Part shown: positions 48,941 to 60,192 of the stretch, in pieces
Position numbering within the stretch: position 1 is the first letter of the stretch
Layout of the letters: every line of letters begins with the position of its first letter
Assembly (NCBI GenBank): GCA_907165135.1
Contig: OU015568.1
Span: forward strand, 14,322,001-14,386,000
Length of the DNA stretch: 64,000 bases
Direction of reading: 5' to 3'
Source of the DNA: Oikopleura dioica
Taxonomy: Eukaryota > Animalia > Chordata
The notes under the pieces: generated by a model
The model's input: the letters and a program-made list of their open reading frames with translations, nothing else
Databases searched by the model: none
Told to the model about the DNA's origin: nothing
Position numbers and translations under genes: made by a program

Positions 48941-49206
48941 CTCACGCAAATTTCTGCCAGAATAACGCTATTTTCCGGTGCAAAAACGCACTTTTTCGAC
49001 TATCTGGCCCGTTTTCAGAGTTTTTTTCGAGTAATTTTGGAGTTTTTTGAGGTTTTTCGGGGCGTTCTGAACGCTCCTGGGCCTTATTTTGAACTGGAAA
49101 GCTCAAATTCGGCCGTTTTCAAACTCAAACTGGGCAAATGAGACTCCAGTTTGAGAAGAAATGCCGCTCACGCGAGCAATGAGCGAGAAAGGGCCAGAAG
49201 AAGAGG

Positions 49207-49224
49207 CCAATCAGGGCGCGCGCC
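49207..49224. promoter_or_regulatory. NF-Y CCAAT box plus GC palindrome upstream of SPT6
   Basis: CCAATCAG-GGCGCGCGCC; the same composite occurs upstream of KIF23 and DYNLL. Confidence 0.45.
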
Positions 49225-50127
49225 AGCTGACTCATCGATGAGCCATTTTGGCTGCGCTGCTGGGAATTATTGGCGATTCAGGGAGGTGTGGTAGCTTGGT
49301 GTAGTGGACCTTGAAAATGCTTTTTCACGAGATCATGAGACTGAGGCAGCTCGCGTGAGCCTTCAGCGGAGAAGAAAAAAAAAAAGAAAAATAACCAAAA
49401 AAAGTAAAACCTTGTTTTTTCCTTTGTTGAAAAGAGATTTTACAGAAGAAAACGTTTCCTGGAGGGCTTCTGGGGTAACAAGGTACAGTTTTACGTTCAA
49501 ATTTCGTTTTTTTCTTTTTGAATAATGCACATTTTGAGTCGTGTAGTTTCTTTGATGATGGAGATATTCAGAGTCACATGATAATTTGTTGAGTCTATAA
49601 TGAGTAGATTTTGTATTTGCAGAGTTGAGCATTCTTTTACGTCTTCCCGTATTTACTTAGAGCCGTTACAAAATTACCGGGGCAATCTTACTTTTGCTCT
49701 AGCTCCGAGGGGTTACATGGTAGCCCCAGACATCTATATATGAATCGGCGTAGAATTTGAAGCTCTATGCCTGTATCATATCAGATTTCCGATATCTCCG
49801 AAATCGCCGGTTTTTTTATCGGTTTTTCATTGAAATTATCGGTTTTATATGTTATTCTGATTCATTTTCGACGAAGAATCTATCTGTAAAAAAATAACGC
49901 CGATATAACAAGAAAAAACCGGTAAAAATATCGGTTTTCCTAGTAAATTATCGGCGTTATATGATATTCTGATTCATTTTTGACGAAGAATCTATCTGTA
50001 AACAAATTACGCCGATATAACAAGAAAAACCGGTAAAAATATCGGTTTTCCTTTTAACTCTTTATAAAAAAGTCGGTTCTCAAAGCTTTTCGGATGCATT
50101 TTCCTTCTTAATTCAATTTTTGCTTAA

Positions 50128-50723
50128 GATGAAATTAAAAAACTTCGTTTGACGCAAAATTTTTCAAAAAAATTTTTTGGCCTCATATGAAAGAATGGAA
50201 AATTCTGAGTCGATTGGTCTACTTCCGGCTCTATAATTTTTTGGAATGACGTCATAATGACTCATTTTCCCCAAAAAACTTTGGGGCCGATTTTGAAAGG
50301 ATTTTCGATTGAATTTTTCGGCGTTCTTAGGTTCATAAGAATCGTCATCAAAAATTGAAGGGGGGTTTTCGCGGATTTTGAGAAATTCTAAGAGAAACAC
50401 CTTCAAACCGACCGGTCGAAAAATGGTCAAAAATTTTTTCTTGAGTTTTTTCAAAACCCTTAAAAACCCCCCCTCGGTTTTCGACGGCGATTCTTTTGAG
50501 CTATAGAACGTCGAATAAATCCAACAGAAACCCCCTTAAAAGTGGCCCCAAAATTTAACTAAAATGCCCAAATTTTGACTTTATTTCGTAATTTTTGACG
50601 TCATAAATTCAAAATTTTTTGGTCAAATCTAGCCAATTCGACTCAGAATTTTCTGCTCTTTCTTCTGAGCACGAAAAAAATTTTTACGAAAATTTGCCTC
50701 AAGTGAAGTTATTTAATTTCATC
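50128..50723. mobile_element. Older Kolobok-like MITE nested in the Harbinger-like element
   Basis: TTAA (50124-50127) + GATGAAATTAAA ... TTTAATTTCATC + TTAT (mutated TSD); decayed inverted arms (TTCTGAGTCGA / TCGACTCAGAA). Confidence 0.7.
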
Positions 50724-51129
50724 TTATACAAAATATGTAACTTTAATTATAATCGGTTTTTGGGCTTTTCGGTCAAAGTATCGGTCAAGATCATTAAAAA
50801 AATAGGTCAATTCTGGCTTCAAGGCCCTCAATCCTGCCTTCATAGCCGCAAAATTTTTTTCTGCTTTCCGCCGCTTAATTTTTTAAACTCTCCTATGCAC
50901 CTGTAAAGATAGATGAAAATGACTTTTGCGGAGAAAAATCGGGACCTCAATATTTTTTGTGCTCAGCTTGTAGCGCAGGTTCTGTTTCCAACATTGTTGA
51001 CAATTGGTATCACCAAAGAATTCGAGTTTGCCCAAGTCGCCGTTTCCCGAAATTGCCGTTTGCCCAACTTGGAGAAACGGTAATCTTGGGCAAACAGCGA
51101 TGTTAATAAATCTATATTGGTAGATCATT

Positions 51130-51910
51130 AAACATTCTTTGGCTTCTCAAACATCAATCCTGGCTTCTTCAAAGCCAATCCTGACGTTACCAACTTCAAT
51201 CATGCCTTCTCCAATATCATTTATATTATATCAATCATGGCTTCTCCAACGACAATTCTGATTTCTATATCTTCAATCCTGGCGTCACCGATTTCAATAT
51301 GCCTTCTTCAATGTCAATTCCGGGTTCTTCGACGTCAATCTCGACTTCTCGAACATCAATCCCGGCTTCATCAATTTCATCAATTTCAACCAAATCTTGG
51401 GACATTTGAGAAACCAGAATTGACAACTGAGATGCCGTGGCTGACGTCTGAGAAGCAAGGATTGGAGTTAGTGACGTCCTGATCGGCGTAAAGAAGTCGG
51501 AATTGACGATCGATATGTCGGGATTGACGTCTTAAAAGCCAGGATCGAAGTTGTTGAACCCGTGATTGAAGTTGGTAAAGTAGGGAGAGACCAATGTTTG
51601 AAAAAATGATGACCGCGAGCGGCGAGCGAGGGCTCATTCTCACTCACTCAGGTGAAACTTCAAGGCCACTGCTCGCGCTCACTCACCCACCTTAAAAATG
51701 CGAGATCTCTGCTCGCGCTCGCTCACAGCCTATTATTATGCCAATCTCTTGCTCGCTCACTCATGAAAAAATTTTGGAGCCTTTTCTCGCGCTCGCTCAC
51801 TCACGGAAAAATTTTGGGAGGCTCTGCTCGCGTTCACTCGCTCATCTTAGTTTTGACCATTTTTTCGAAACTGGGAGGGATAAGAAGCGAGGATTGACTG
51901 TGGAAAGTCC
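51130..51910. repeat. Degenerate ~12/24-bp minisatellite in two oppositely oriented arrays
   Basis: Units like TTCTTCAA..TCAATCCYGGC at 51130-51390 and reverse-complement-like units (GAAGYCGGRATTGA) at 51400-51580 and 51880-51910. Confidence 0.55.
51592..51873. mobile_element. Older hAT-type MITE related to 15053-15769
   Basis: Ends CAATGTTTGAAAAAATG and (reverse complement) CAGTTTCGAAAAAATG; flanks GGAGAGAC and GGAGGGAT (6/8); internal GCTCGCGCTCACTCA arrays. Confidence 0.65.
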
Positions 51911-54731
51911 CCGTTTCCTCAAGTTTGGCAAACGGCGATGTTGGGTAAACGGTGACTCGGGCAAAAATGGCGGAAATCCCCATTCTCGTCGCGAACCCTG
52001 TCCCCACGATCCTAGTCCCCGGTTGGTTTGTAAATCACCCTACTTCCTAGGTTTCACCCTTCAAAACCCGACGTAGGATCGGGTTTTGTCGGATTTTGTC
52101 GGAATTTCGTCAGGTTTTTCTTGCCTTTTCGGCCAATAACCGTCGGTCTAAAAAGCCTCCCTTGCCTTTTTTTACTCAAAATGCACTCGAAATAGATGAA
52201 AATTGCCTCTAGAACCGGGGAAAGGCAGAGAACGAGCTCTAGAGGACATTCACACCAACCTTACCAAAGATAATCTCCTGGCAATCGGCGATTTATTGAA
52301 AATAGACAAATATGGGGTCTTTCGAAAGCTTAGAATATACTTCAGTATAAGTGTAAGTGAGAAAATCATGACCGCACTAGAATTAAAGCCGGAAAACCGA
52401 TTTTTAGATCATATTATAGCTTTGAAACCGGTAATTATCCGATATATTTATTCTTGAGGATAAACAGGTAAGCTTGCAGAAGAAAACGCATCGAAATTAC
52501 ATGAAAAACCGATAATTTACTAGGAAAACCGATATTTTTACCGGTTTTTTCTTGTTATATCGGCGTTATTTTTTTACAGATAGATTCTTCGTCGAAAATG
52601 AATCAGAATAACATATAAAACCGATAATTTCAATGAAAAACCGATAAAAAAACCGGCAATTTCGGAGATATCGGAAATCTGATATGATACAGGCATAGAG
52701 CTTCAAATTCTACGCCGATTCATATATAGATGTCTGGGGCTACCATGTAACCCCTCGGAGCTAGAGCAAAAGTAAGATTGCCCCGGTAATTTTGTAACGG
52801 CTCTTATCGAACTTTATGTGCTTCTTTGGATCCAAATCTTACTGTAACTTCTTCGAAGCTAATCTTATGAGAACTGGGAAACTTTCAATCACTAGAATCG
52901 AGGAGCCCTTCCTCTCTCTCTAAAGGAATGAATCATCCAGTGCAGCGCCCTCATCCCTTTCTTCGTCACCTTGTCTTTCAAGCTTACTCATTTCTAAACA
53001 TTTGACATCTGCGGCGATGTCACTTATGTTGTTGTCTTCGCACATATTTTCCTTGGGCACGGTGCCATTGGTGCAAATTTGCTACAATAATTACGATTTT
53101 TGATGAATTATTCACCAAGGTTTACAAGGGCATAAATGTCATTAACGAGTACAATGTAGAAAATCAGCTTTTCCCTAACTTATTCATATCCTGATTCTTT
53201 TCTTTACTACTGCTTGTTCAAACAGGACTTTTGTACTTTGAGGGTACAAGCTCCAACTTTGTTGAGTTCAAATTCTCGACTGTGGGATTTCTCAATCTGT
53301 CTTCTTTGTGATGTCAATTCTAGAGCAAATTTGAATTGAGTACGTTGAACTTCAACTTGTGTACTTCTTCAGAATCTCATTCAAAAATGACGTAGGAGCT
53401 GTATCGTTAAATGTCTTGGAATGCAGACGTATTCTGTAAAAATGTTTCCATCGATGAATATCCTCGCTCGTTAAATTTTAACAAGCTTAATATTCTTAGG
53501 TTCTATTCATGTTTTTGATGATTAACGTCCAATTGTCTTTATGGCTACTGAAAAGATCGCATTATGCGTTATTAGCAGTTAAAGTAAACGAAAATTTGAC
53601 TTCTAGCCCTTCAATTTTGAAGGCCATCAAACAAACAAAACGGAATTGCCAAAGAAAAATTCTGAAATCAACAAAGAGTGTTGACTTGCGCCTTAAATTT
53701 AAGGTCTCGTGATGGGGATATTTTGATCTTAGTAAACCGCTTTTACGACTCTTTACGGATGCCATTTTATTGAATCTTCCCATCGTTTTTTAACTGCTTA
53801 GATTGGAGCTTTTTCCATTGAAGGCTTTATTAGCTCTCAATCAAATTTGCACTCCTCTTTGTCTCCAGGACGACCTTGTTCACTTTGTGACTAGTCTATT
53901 CTGTGATTTCTTTGCACATTTTTCAATCTTGATGGATAGACGAATGACTTGAATTATGATTTTTGACACCTTCCAAGAAATTCTTTACCAACCGAGAGGT
54001 ACGTTCTTTTTTTCTATTTCACCTTGAGAACGAATTCATCGTACCCAATCTGCCAAGGATACATCTGTCTTGTTTGAATTTACGAAATTTGTTTGCCCTC
54101 ATGTGAGAATGAAATTTCACAGCAATTAGATTCATAAGAGGCCAATTTCAACCACGAAATTTTCAAACAACATTCTGGCTGAGTGTTGGTTTTTGACATT
54201 TTTTTTTGTATTTTCAACATCTGCCATTCATCAAGGTAATGCGCGGGATTTAGCGACGCGCCATTTAAAAGGGCCATGTTCTCAGAGAAACTAAAAGAAG
54301 TCAGGCATAAAGACGAAAATGGTAAATCAGAGGCTTTTTTTTACGAGAGTTTAATTTTGGATAATAAGAAACTATTCGCCATGAAAATTAATGAGATCAA
54401 CTTTCTGAGTCATTGCTAACCAGCCATCTGAATCCTCTTGAACCTCTCAAGCGAAAAGAGGGCTTTCCAGAGTCTTGAATTTGAATTGCGAATCAAACAT
54501 TTTGCTTCCCTTTCACATTTTTCGCACATCAAGACTTCATTTTGTTGCCTCAGTGACTTTACTGCCAGACCTTGAATTGTAAGGACGAAAATAGATAGTA
54601 AAGAAAGTGCCTTACAATGCGATTTTTACGACTTTGTCTGGAAGATATCACCAGACTCAACATTTTTACCTTTTACTCGGGAATAATCACGTGAGCTCAA
54701 TAATTATTTAAGGTTTTCCCAAAGGGAAAAA

Positions 54732-55852
54732 ATGATTGCGCCACAGTTTAACGAAGACAATTCTCCTCATCGACTTATGAATCCACATCAGAACAGCAAC
54801 GCACAGAGATACTCTCAGAATAACCAATTAATCAACCGCTCGGACAGTGAGAGTTCGAGCTCTAGCTCCGGATCAGAGACAAGCTCTAGCTCCGACTCAT
54901 CGAGTGATGAAAGTGGCATAGAAACGGAATCTTCCAATTTGGAATCCAACCTTGTTTCTTTGCCTTCGTCTAACAGAAGTTATAATTCCAACGCTGACGT
55001 CGCCAACGACGTGTTTAACAGCCACGCCAATTCAATCGATCCGGATATGGCGATGCTCCACAGCACCCAATCAAATACAGTTGGAAACGATCAAGATCCA
55101 ACCATCCCTCCTCCAAATCTCCCTGTACAACCAGCAACATCATCTTCAACCATTTCCTCTTCCTCCTCATCAAATCGATCTCAATCCGACGGCTTCAAAA
55201 GAACACTCGGCGAAATTTGCCACCGCATGGTCTTTCAGTCTCCATCAACTCACGCAGTAACCGGCAGAGAAAAAGAAATTTCAGATATCGGTAAGTCAAA
55301 AAACAACCTTTTCAGTAGCATAACTGATCTTTTTAGCCTCTCAATTAGTAGAAATCATGAGAAACGAGAACCCGACGCACTTCAAAAACTTCAGTGAAAA
55401 ACTGAAAAGAGCGTTCAAAGATCGCGGCTCAAACAATCTTAGCAACATCGATTGGTTTCAACTTACATTCGAGGACTTAATCGACAAAGTCGTCGACAAT
55501 CCAACCTGGCGATCACTTTTGAACACATTGAACTGCTCATACATCGTTTTACAAGCGTGTAAAGATGATTTATCCGTCCAACAGACAAATGAACTCAAAT
55601 CGAGACTGAAGAATGTCTCGGAAAAATTTATTGAAAGGCGTTTTCGGTAAGTTTTCACTGTCAAAAACTCAATTAAAATATTTTTTTAGCCGTTATATTG
55701 AAAGTAATGGCGATTGGGAAGGACTCAGAAAGTACCGCGATCACGTGGTCAACTATCAACAGCCAGACCCGAATGATCCTGGAGTCATCGTCAGCGCCCT
55801 TGGAGTCATCGCTGGAGTCGTCGGCGCGCTCGCCTTTTTTCGTCGCAGTTAA
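54732..55852 (+). CDS. Divergent Bcl-2-family-like tail-anchored protein; exons 54732-55290, 55337-55646, 55690-55852
   Basis: BH2-like RRYIESNGDWEGL, BH1-like FEDLIDKVVDNPTWRSLL, C-terminal TM VIVSALGVIAGVVGALAFF+RRS, Ser-rich N-terminus. Confidence 0.62.
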
Positions 55853-56263
55853 TTTAACAGTTAATCTATTCGCTCTGTTTATATGTCCTGTTACATCGTT
55901 CGTAAAAAAAGTTACTCTTCTGCAGGCTAAAGCCCTCTTTCGCTCAATACAAAACACGCCTGTTCTGAAGAAAAGTGTTAATCCCTCGATTAAGGCGTGT
56001 CTGTTTGTCCTAAGTTGGAGAGTTGAAAAGTTCCGTAGTAGAGTTAGAGAAACAATCACTCTTCTGTACAATTGTCCATGTAAGTTCCAATCCTTTACGT
56101 CTAACCGAAAGATAACTAACCTTGCTTTGCTGATCATTTTTACCCCACATTCCAAAAATAAATTAACCAAATATAAACCAAGCTTTGTTTTACGCAGGAA
56201 TCGTTGAACGAAAAAGGTTTTTTTCCGACTAGAATTTACGAATAAATGACGAATGATTATAGA

Positions 56264-57462
56264 ATGCTTTCAAAAGGTGTTCGCCTCGTCTGCGTCCGAA
56301 ATGCGTCTTCTTTGGGATTTATCGGTCTCGGAAACATGGGTGGTCCCATGGCCATGAATCTCCTCAACAAGGCAAAGGGAGATCTCTGGGTCTACGATGT
56401 CAAGTACGATTCTCGATTTCAACGAAATAAATGAACGCATCAACCATTTTAGCGCAGACTCAGTCGACAAAGCCGTCAAGGCCGGCGCCAAAGCGGCATC
56501 GGCTCCAGCTGAAATTGCGGAAAATTGCGACAGAATTGTCACCATGCTTCCCAACTCTCCTCACGTTATGTCCACTTTTGGTGGGGAGCAAGGCTTGCTC
56601 TCCACAGCCAAAGCTGGCACTCTCTTTCTCGATTGTTCGACCATTGACCCCGCCGCCGCACAGACAGTAAGCGTTTGCCATTTCAACTAAATCAGCTATT
56701 TGTTTAAAAAAACATGCATTCATTTCCATTCAGGTCGCCAAAATGTGTCTTGAGAAGGAAACAGGTCTGTCAAGGCAAATGCTCTCCGCAAATATTTAAC
56801 GCTTGTGATTATTCTAGTCTTCATGGATGCACCTGTCTCTGGTGGTGTCGGAGCTGCTGCTGCTGGCACTTTGACCTTCATGGTTGGAGGACCCGCCGCC
56901 GAGTTTGAAGCTGGACAGTCCATCTTGCAGCACATGGGGGCAAAAATCGTCGCGTGTGGAGATGTTGGAACTGGCCAGGGTTCGATCACCGACAAAACCG
57001 ACAACTATTTTATGCTTCTTTTCAGCTGCAAAAATTTGCAACAATATGATGCTTGGAATCTCGATGGTCGGCGTTTCCGAAACTTACAATCTTGGCAAGC
57101 GACTCGGCCTTGATCCCAAGATTCTCGCATCTATCGTCAACGCCGCTTCTGGACGATGCTGGGCGTCGGACACTTACAATCCCGTCCCAGGCGTTATTGA
57201 AGGCGTCCCTAGCTCAAATGGATACGCCGGTGGTTTTGGTACTACTCTTATGGCCAAGGTAGATCCTCCGATGATCTTTCGACTCTCATCTGTTTCTTAG
57301 GATCTTGGCCTCGCTCAAGACGCTGCCACAAACACCCAATCACCAATCCCACTTGGATCCCTTGCTCACCAAATCTACCGAGTCATGTCCTCTGATCCTC
57401 GCTTCGCCGACAAGGACTTTTCTTCTGTCTACGCCCTTCTTTCCGAAGAAAAGCTTCTCTAA
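56264..57462 (+). CDS. HIBADH: 3-hydroxyisobutyrate dehydrogenase
   Basis: [81 protein letters not shown]. Confidence 0.97.
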
Positions 57463-57669
57463 CTTGCCAAGCCATAGAAAATTTATAAAGCAACATACAA
57501 AGTAAAAGCTACCCTGACCTTAAATTGTCAACTTCTGTTGTTTTTTTTTGTTATTTCAAAGTTCCGAGACATATATTCATTTACCTAAAAACTGCTTTCA
57601 GCCCTTTTTTCAACCAATAAACGTTCAGAAAAAAAAATAAAAAATGAAAAAACTTCTTGTCCGTCCGAA

Positions 57670-57960
57670 TTGTTTTCAAATGCAAAACTCGATCAGAAGA
57701 TCAAAAATGAGCCGCTTACGCAGATCGGCGTCAAGTGGCAGAATATGAAAGAAAGTGTCCATTATCAGAAGAATTTGCTCAAATATGGAGTCATTGCCGG
57801 CTTGATTTCAACTATCGTAATTACAATTTACACCACTGCTTCAATCAGGCTGCAGCTTTTGGAAATGGAAAAGGCGCAGCTCGATATTCTGATTAAAAAG
57901 CACAAGGTTTGTTCTTTCCCATAATTACAGGAGTACTCCATTATGTTAATTTCTAAATTA
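57670..57960 (+). CDS. Possible small single-TM protein
   Basis: ORF with a hydrophobic segment (YGVIAGLISTIVITIY) lying between two same-strand genes. Confidence 0.3.
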
Positions 57961-58271
57961 TTTCAACGAGCGCTTGAGTAAAAAGCATCGTAGTAAAAAG
58001 CCGTAAATGATCAAAAAGGAAATCAAGAGATGACTATTTTTATTAGCTTGAGAGTCTGCGTCGCGAGCTGTATCCAGAGTCTTCTAAGAAGTCGGAAGCA
58101 GACCTCTCCAAAAGACAAAGAAGCTGGACAAACTGGGCACTTTCATTCCTAAACTCTTCAACAAGCAAATAATTTTCTCTCTTTCCCTCTTCGCCGTTTT
58201 TTTCCTTTATTCATTCTTCAATTTATTCAGTCTTCAGTATAAAAGAGAGAAGTGAATTTCTGGTTTAGATA

Positions 58272-60064
58272 ATGTCAGAACTGGCAGCAGTCGAAATCGT
58301 CATCATATGTACGATTCTAGCGATAACCGTGATCATCGGCATCGCAAACAGAGCCAGCGGCGAAAATGCAGGAAAAGCGAAAGCGTCTTTATTGACAATC
58401 ACTGTTTCAATCGTCGTTACCTTCAGTAGTTCTATCGCGATGATGGGCGTCCCATCCGAATACTGGAAATTTGGTCCCCGTTATTGCATTATTGGGCTGA
58501 CATATTTACCCGTTGCGCTCGTTGTTTGTAAATATTTTATCCCGCGTTTTTGCGGACATAATTTTGAATCTTCATTTGAGGCATGGTTTTCAAAAGAGAT
58601 TCTTCTTTATCAAAAAGTAATTTTCTTACATCCCTGAAAACCTGGGAAAAGGTTTTAACGAAGCGTTTCAACAAATCTACATCAAAACTCGCCATCAGTA
58701 TTTATCTTTTTCAATGCACCATTTACCTTGGCGTCACGCTTTTTACTCCTGCCCAGGCCCTCGCTGTCATTTTCCCCTCTGCCGGTCTGAAGACAATCCT
58801 TTCCGTTTTATTTCTCGTATGCATCGTCACCACTGCTCTTGGGGGGATGAAAGCGGTGCTCCTTAGTGATCTTTTCTTTGGCTTTGTGATGATTTTTGGA
58901 CAGTCGTGGATTCTTCTTTCTGGATTTCAAGAAGCGTTTTCAAATGGAACTGTTTTTAAATTTCCGGAGTACGAATACGATGTCCACAAATTCAAGCTTT
59001 ATTCTATTTGGGATTCTGGAATTGGCGGTTTCTTTATGTGCTTGTATCTGTACGGCGTCAATCAAGCTTCCATCCAAAGATATTTGAGTGCTTCTTCTGT
59101 TTCTGATGCCAAGGAATGGGTCTGTAACCGTTGTTTTTCGCCAATAAAGAAACATTTTGTTGATGCAAATTGACCGAATGGCGCAGTCATTGAATATTCT
59201 ATGAGTTTAAATTAATTCGCAGTGGATATCAGATGACCCTCTACTAGAGGTGATTCTCATTTCGAAAAATAGACAATTCTACAATTCTATTAGATAATTT
59301 TCTGCTAGTTAGAGACCCTCTGCAAAGAAATCAATCATATTTACGATGTTGGCCTTGCTTCTTGTTCTGCTAATTGGTGTCGGCTTCGGAGCATTGATTG
59401 AGATAAAATACCCTAATTTTTCCGGTCTGCCAGCAGCTATCACGCGACGGGACCAGTTGATGATTTTTTACATTTTCGAAAACTACGGGAATGGACTCTT
59501 CCGGGGCCTTTTTGTCGGCTGTATGATTTCTGCTGCTTTGTCGACTGCTTCTTCGATAATCGCTGTTATTTCATCGACCATCCATGTAGATCTGTTAGAG
59601 AGAAAGTCGCGAAAAATCGCACTGGATTTTGAAATTGGAGGAAGGGGGATATCAGTGATAACTGGCCTCGTCTGTTATCTGATAGGTAAGCCTTACATTT
59701 TTTCCAATTTTCTAAAATTTTATGAGCATTGGGAATCGCACACAGCGGGGATTCTGTCATCAAACTAGCAATGACCAATTTTGGCGTTTGTGGCGGCCCC
59801 ATTCTCGGCCTTTATACCGTCGCTTTCTTCAGCAAACACCGGAAGGTTTCTGCTCAGATCGGCACAATATTCAGTCTTTTGCTCACTGCTACTCTCGGAT
59901 ACTTGCCTGTTTTTGGAGTGAAGACGGGGATACCTTTCCTGTTCTTGAGCTTTGTTGGATTTATTTCTGTATTATTGATATCCGTTACTGTTGATTCTCT
60001 CTTCTTTCATGTTTTGAAGAATGAAGAATTGGATGAAAGCAAAGCGCTGAGAATTGAAGAATAG
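58272..60064 (+). CDS. SLC5 sodium:solute symporter (SMVT/SMCT/NIS subgroup)
   Basis: SS.AMMGVPSE, GGMKAV..SD, YGVNQASIQRYLS, DQLM, GLFVGCMISAALSTASS, GPILGLY; many TM helices. Confidence 0.9.
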
Positions 60065-60192
60065 GATTTTTGAAGAATTATAGAATTTTAAAATGACGAC
60101 TTCCTAAAAAACTACCTCAACTTCATCGTATTTATTTAAAATATATATTTACAACGACGGTTGTTTTCTAACGCTCGCGTCTTTAGAATGTT

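Larger units (their letters stand above)
49660..52803. mobile_element. 3.1-kb non-autonomous PIF/Harbinger-like element with about 300-bp TIRs and nested MITEs
   Basis: TTA TSD at 49657-49659 and 52804-52806; near-identical TIR starting GAGCCGTTACAAAATTACCGGGG; no long ORF inside. Confidence 0.85.

Noticed and set aside
49270-49365. A-box-like TGGTGTAGTGG and a 12-bp inverted pair GCTCACGCGAGC / GCTCGCGTGAGC, suggesting a tRNA or ncRNA
   Set aside because: No B-box or cloverleaf and no recognisable snRNA, SRP or RNase P motifs; better explained as promoter sequence.
52920-54300. Possible minus-strand gene fragments (e.g. GTVPKENMCEDNN.., ELTSQRRQIEK..)
   Set aside because: Coding-like, but I could not assemble a supported model or identify a family.
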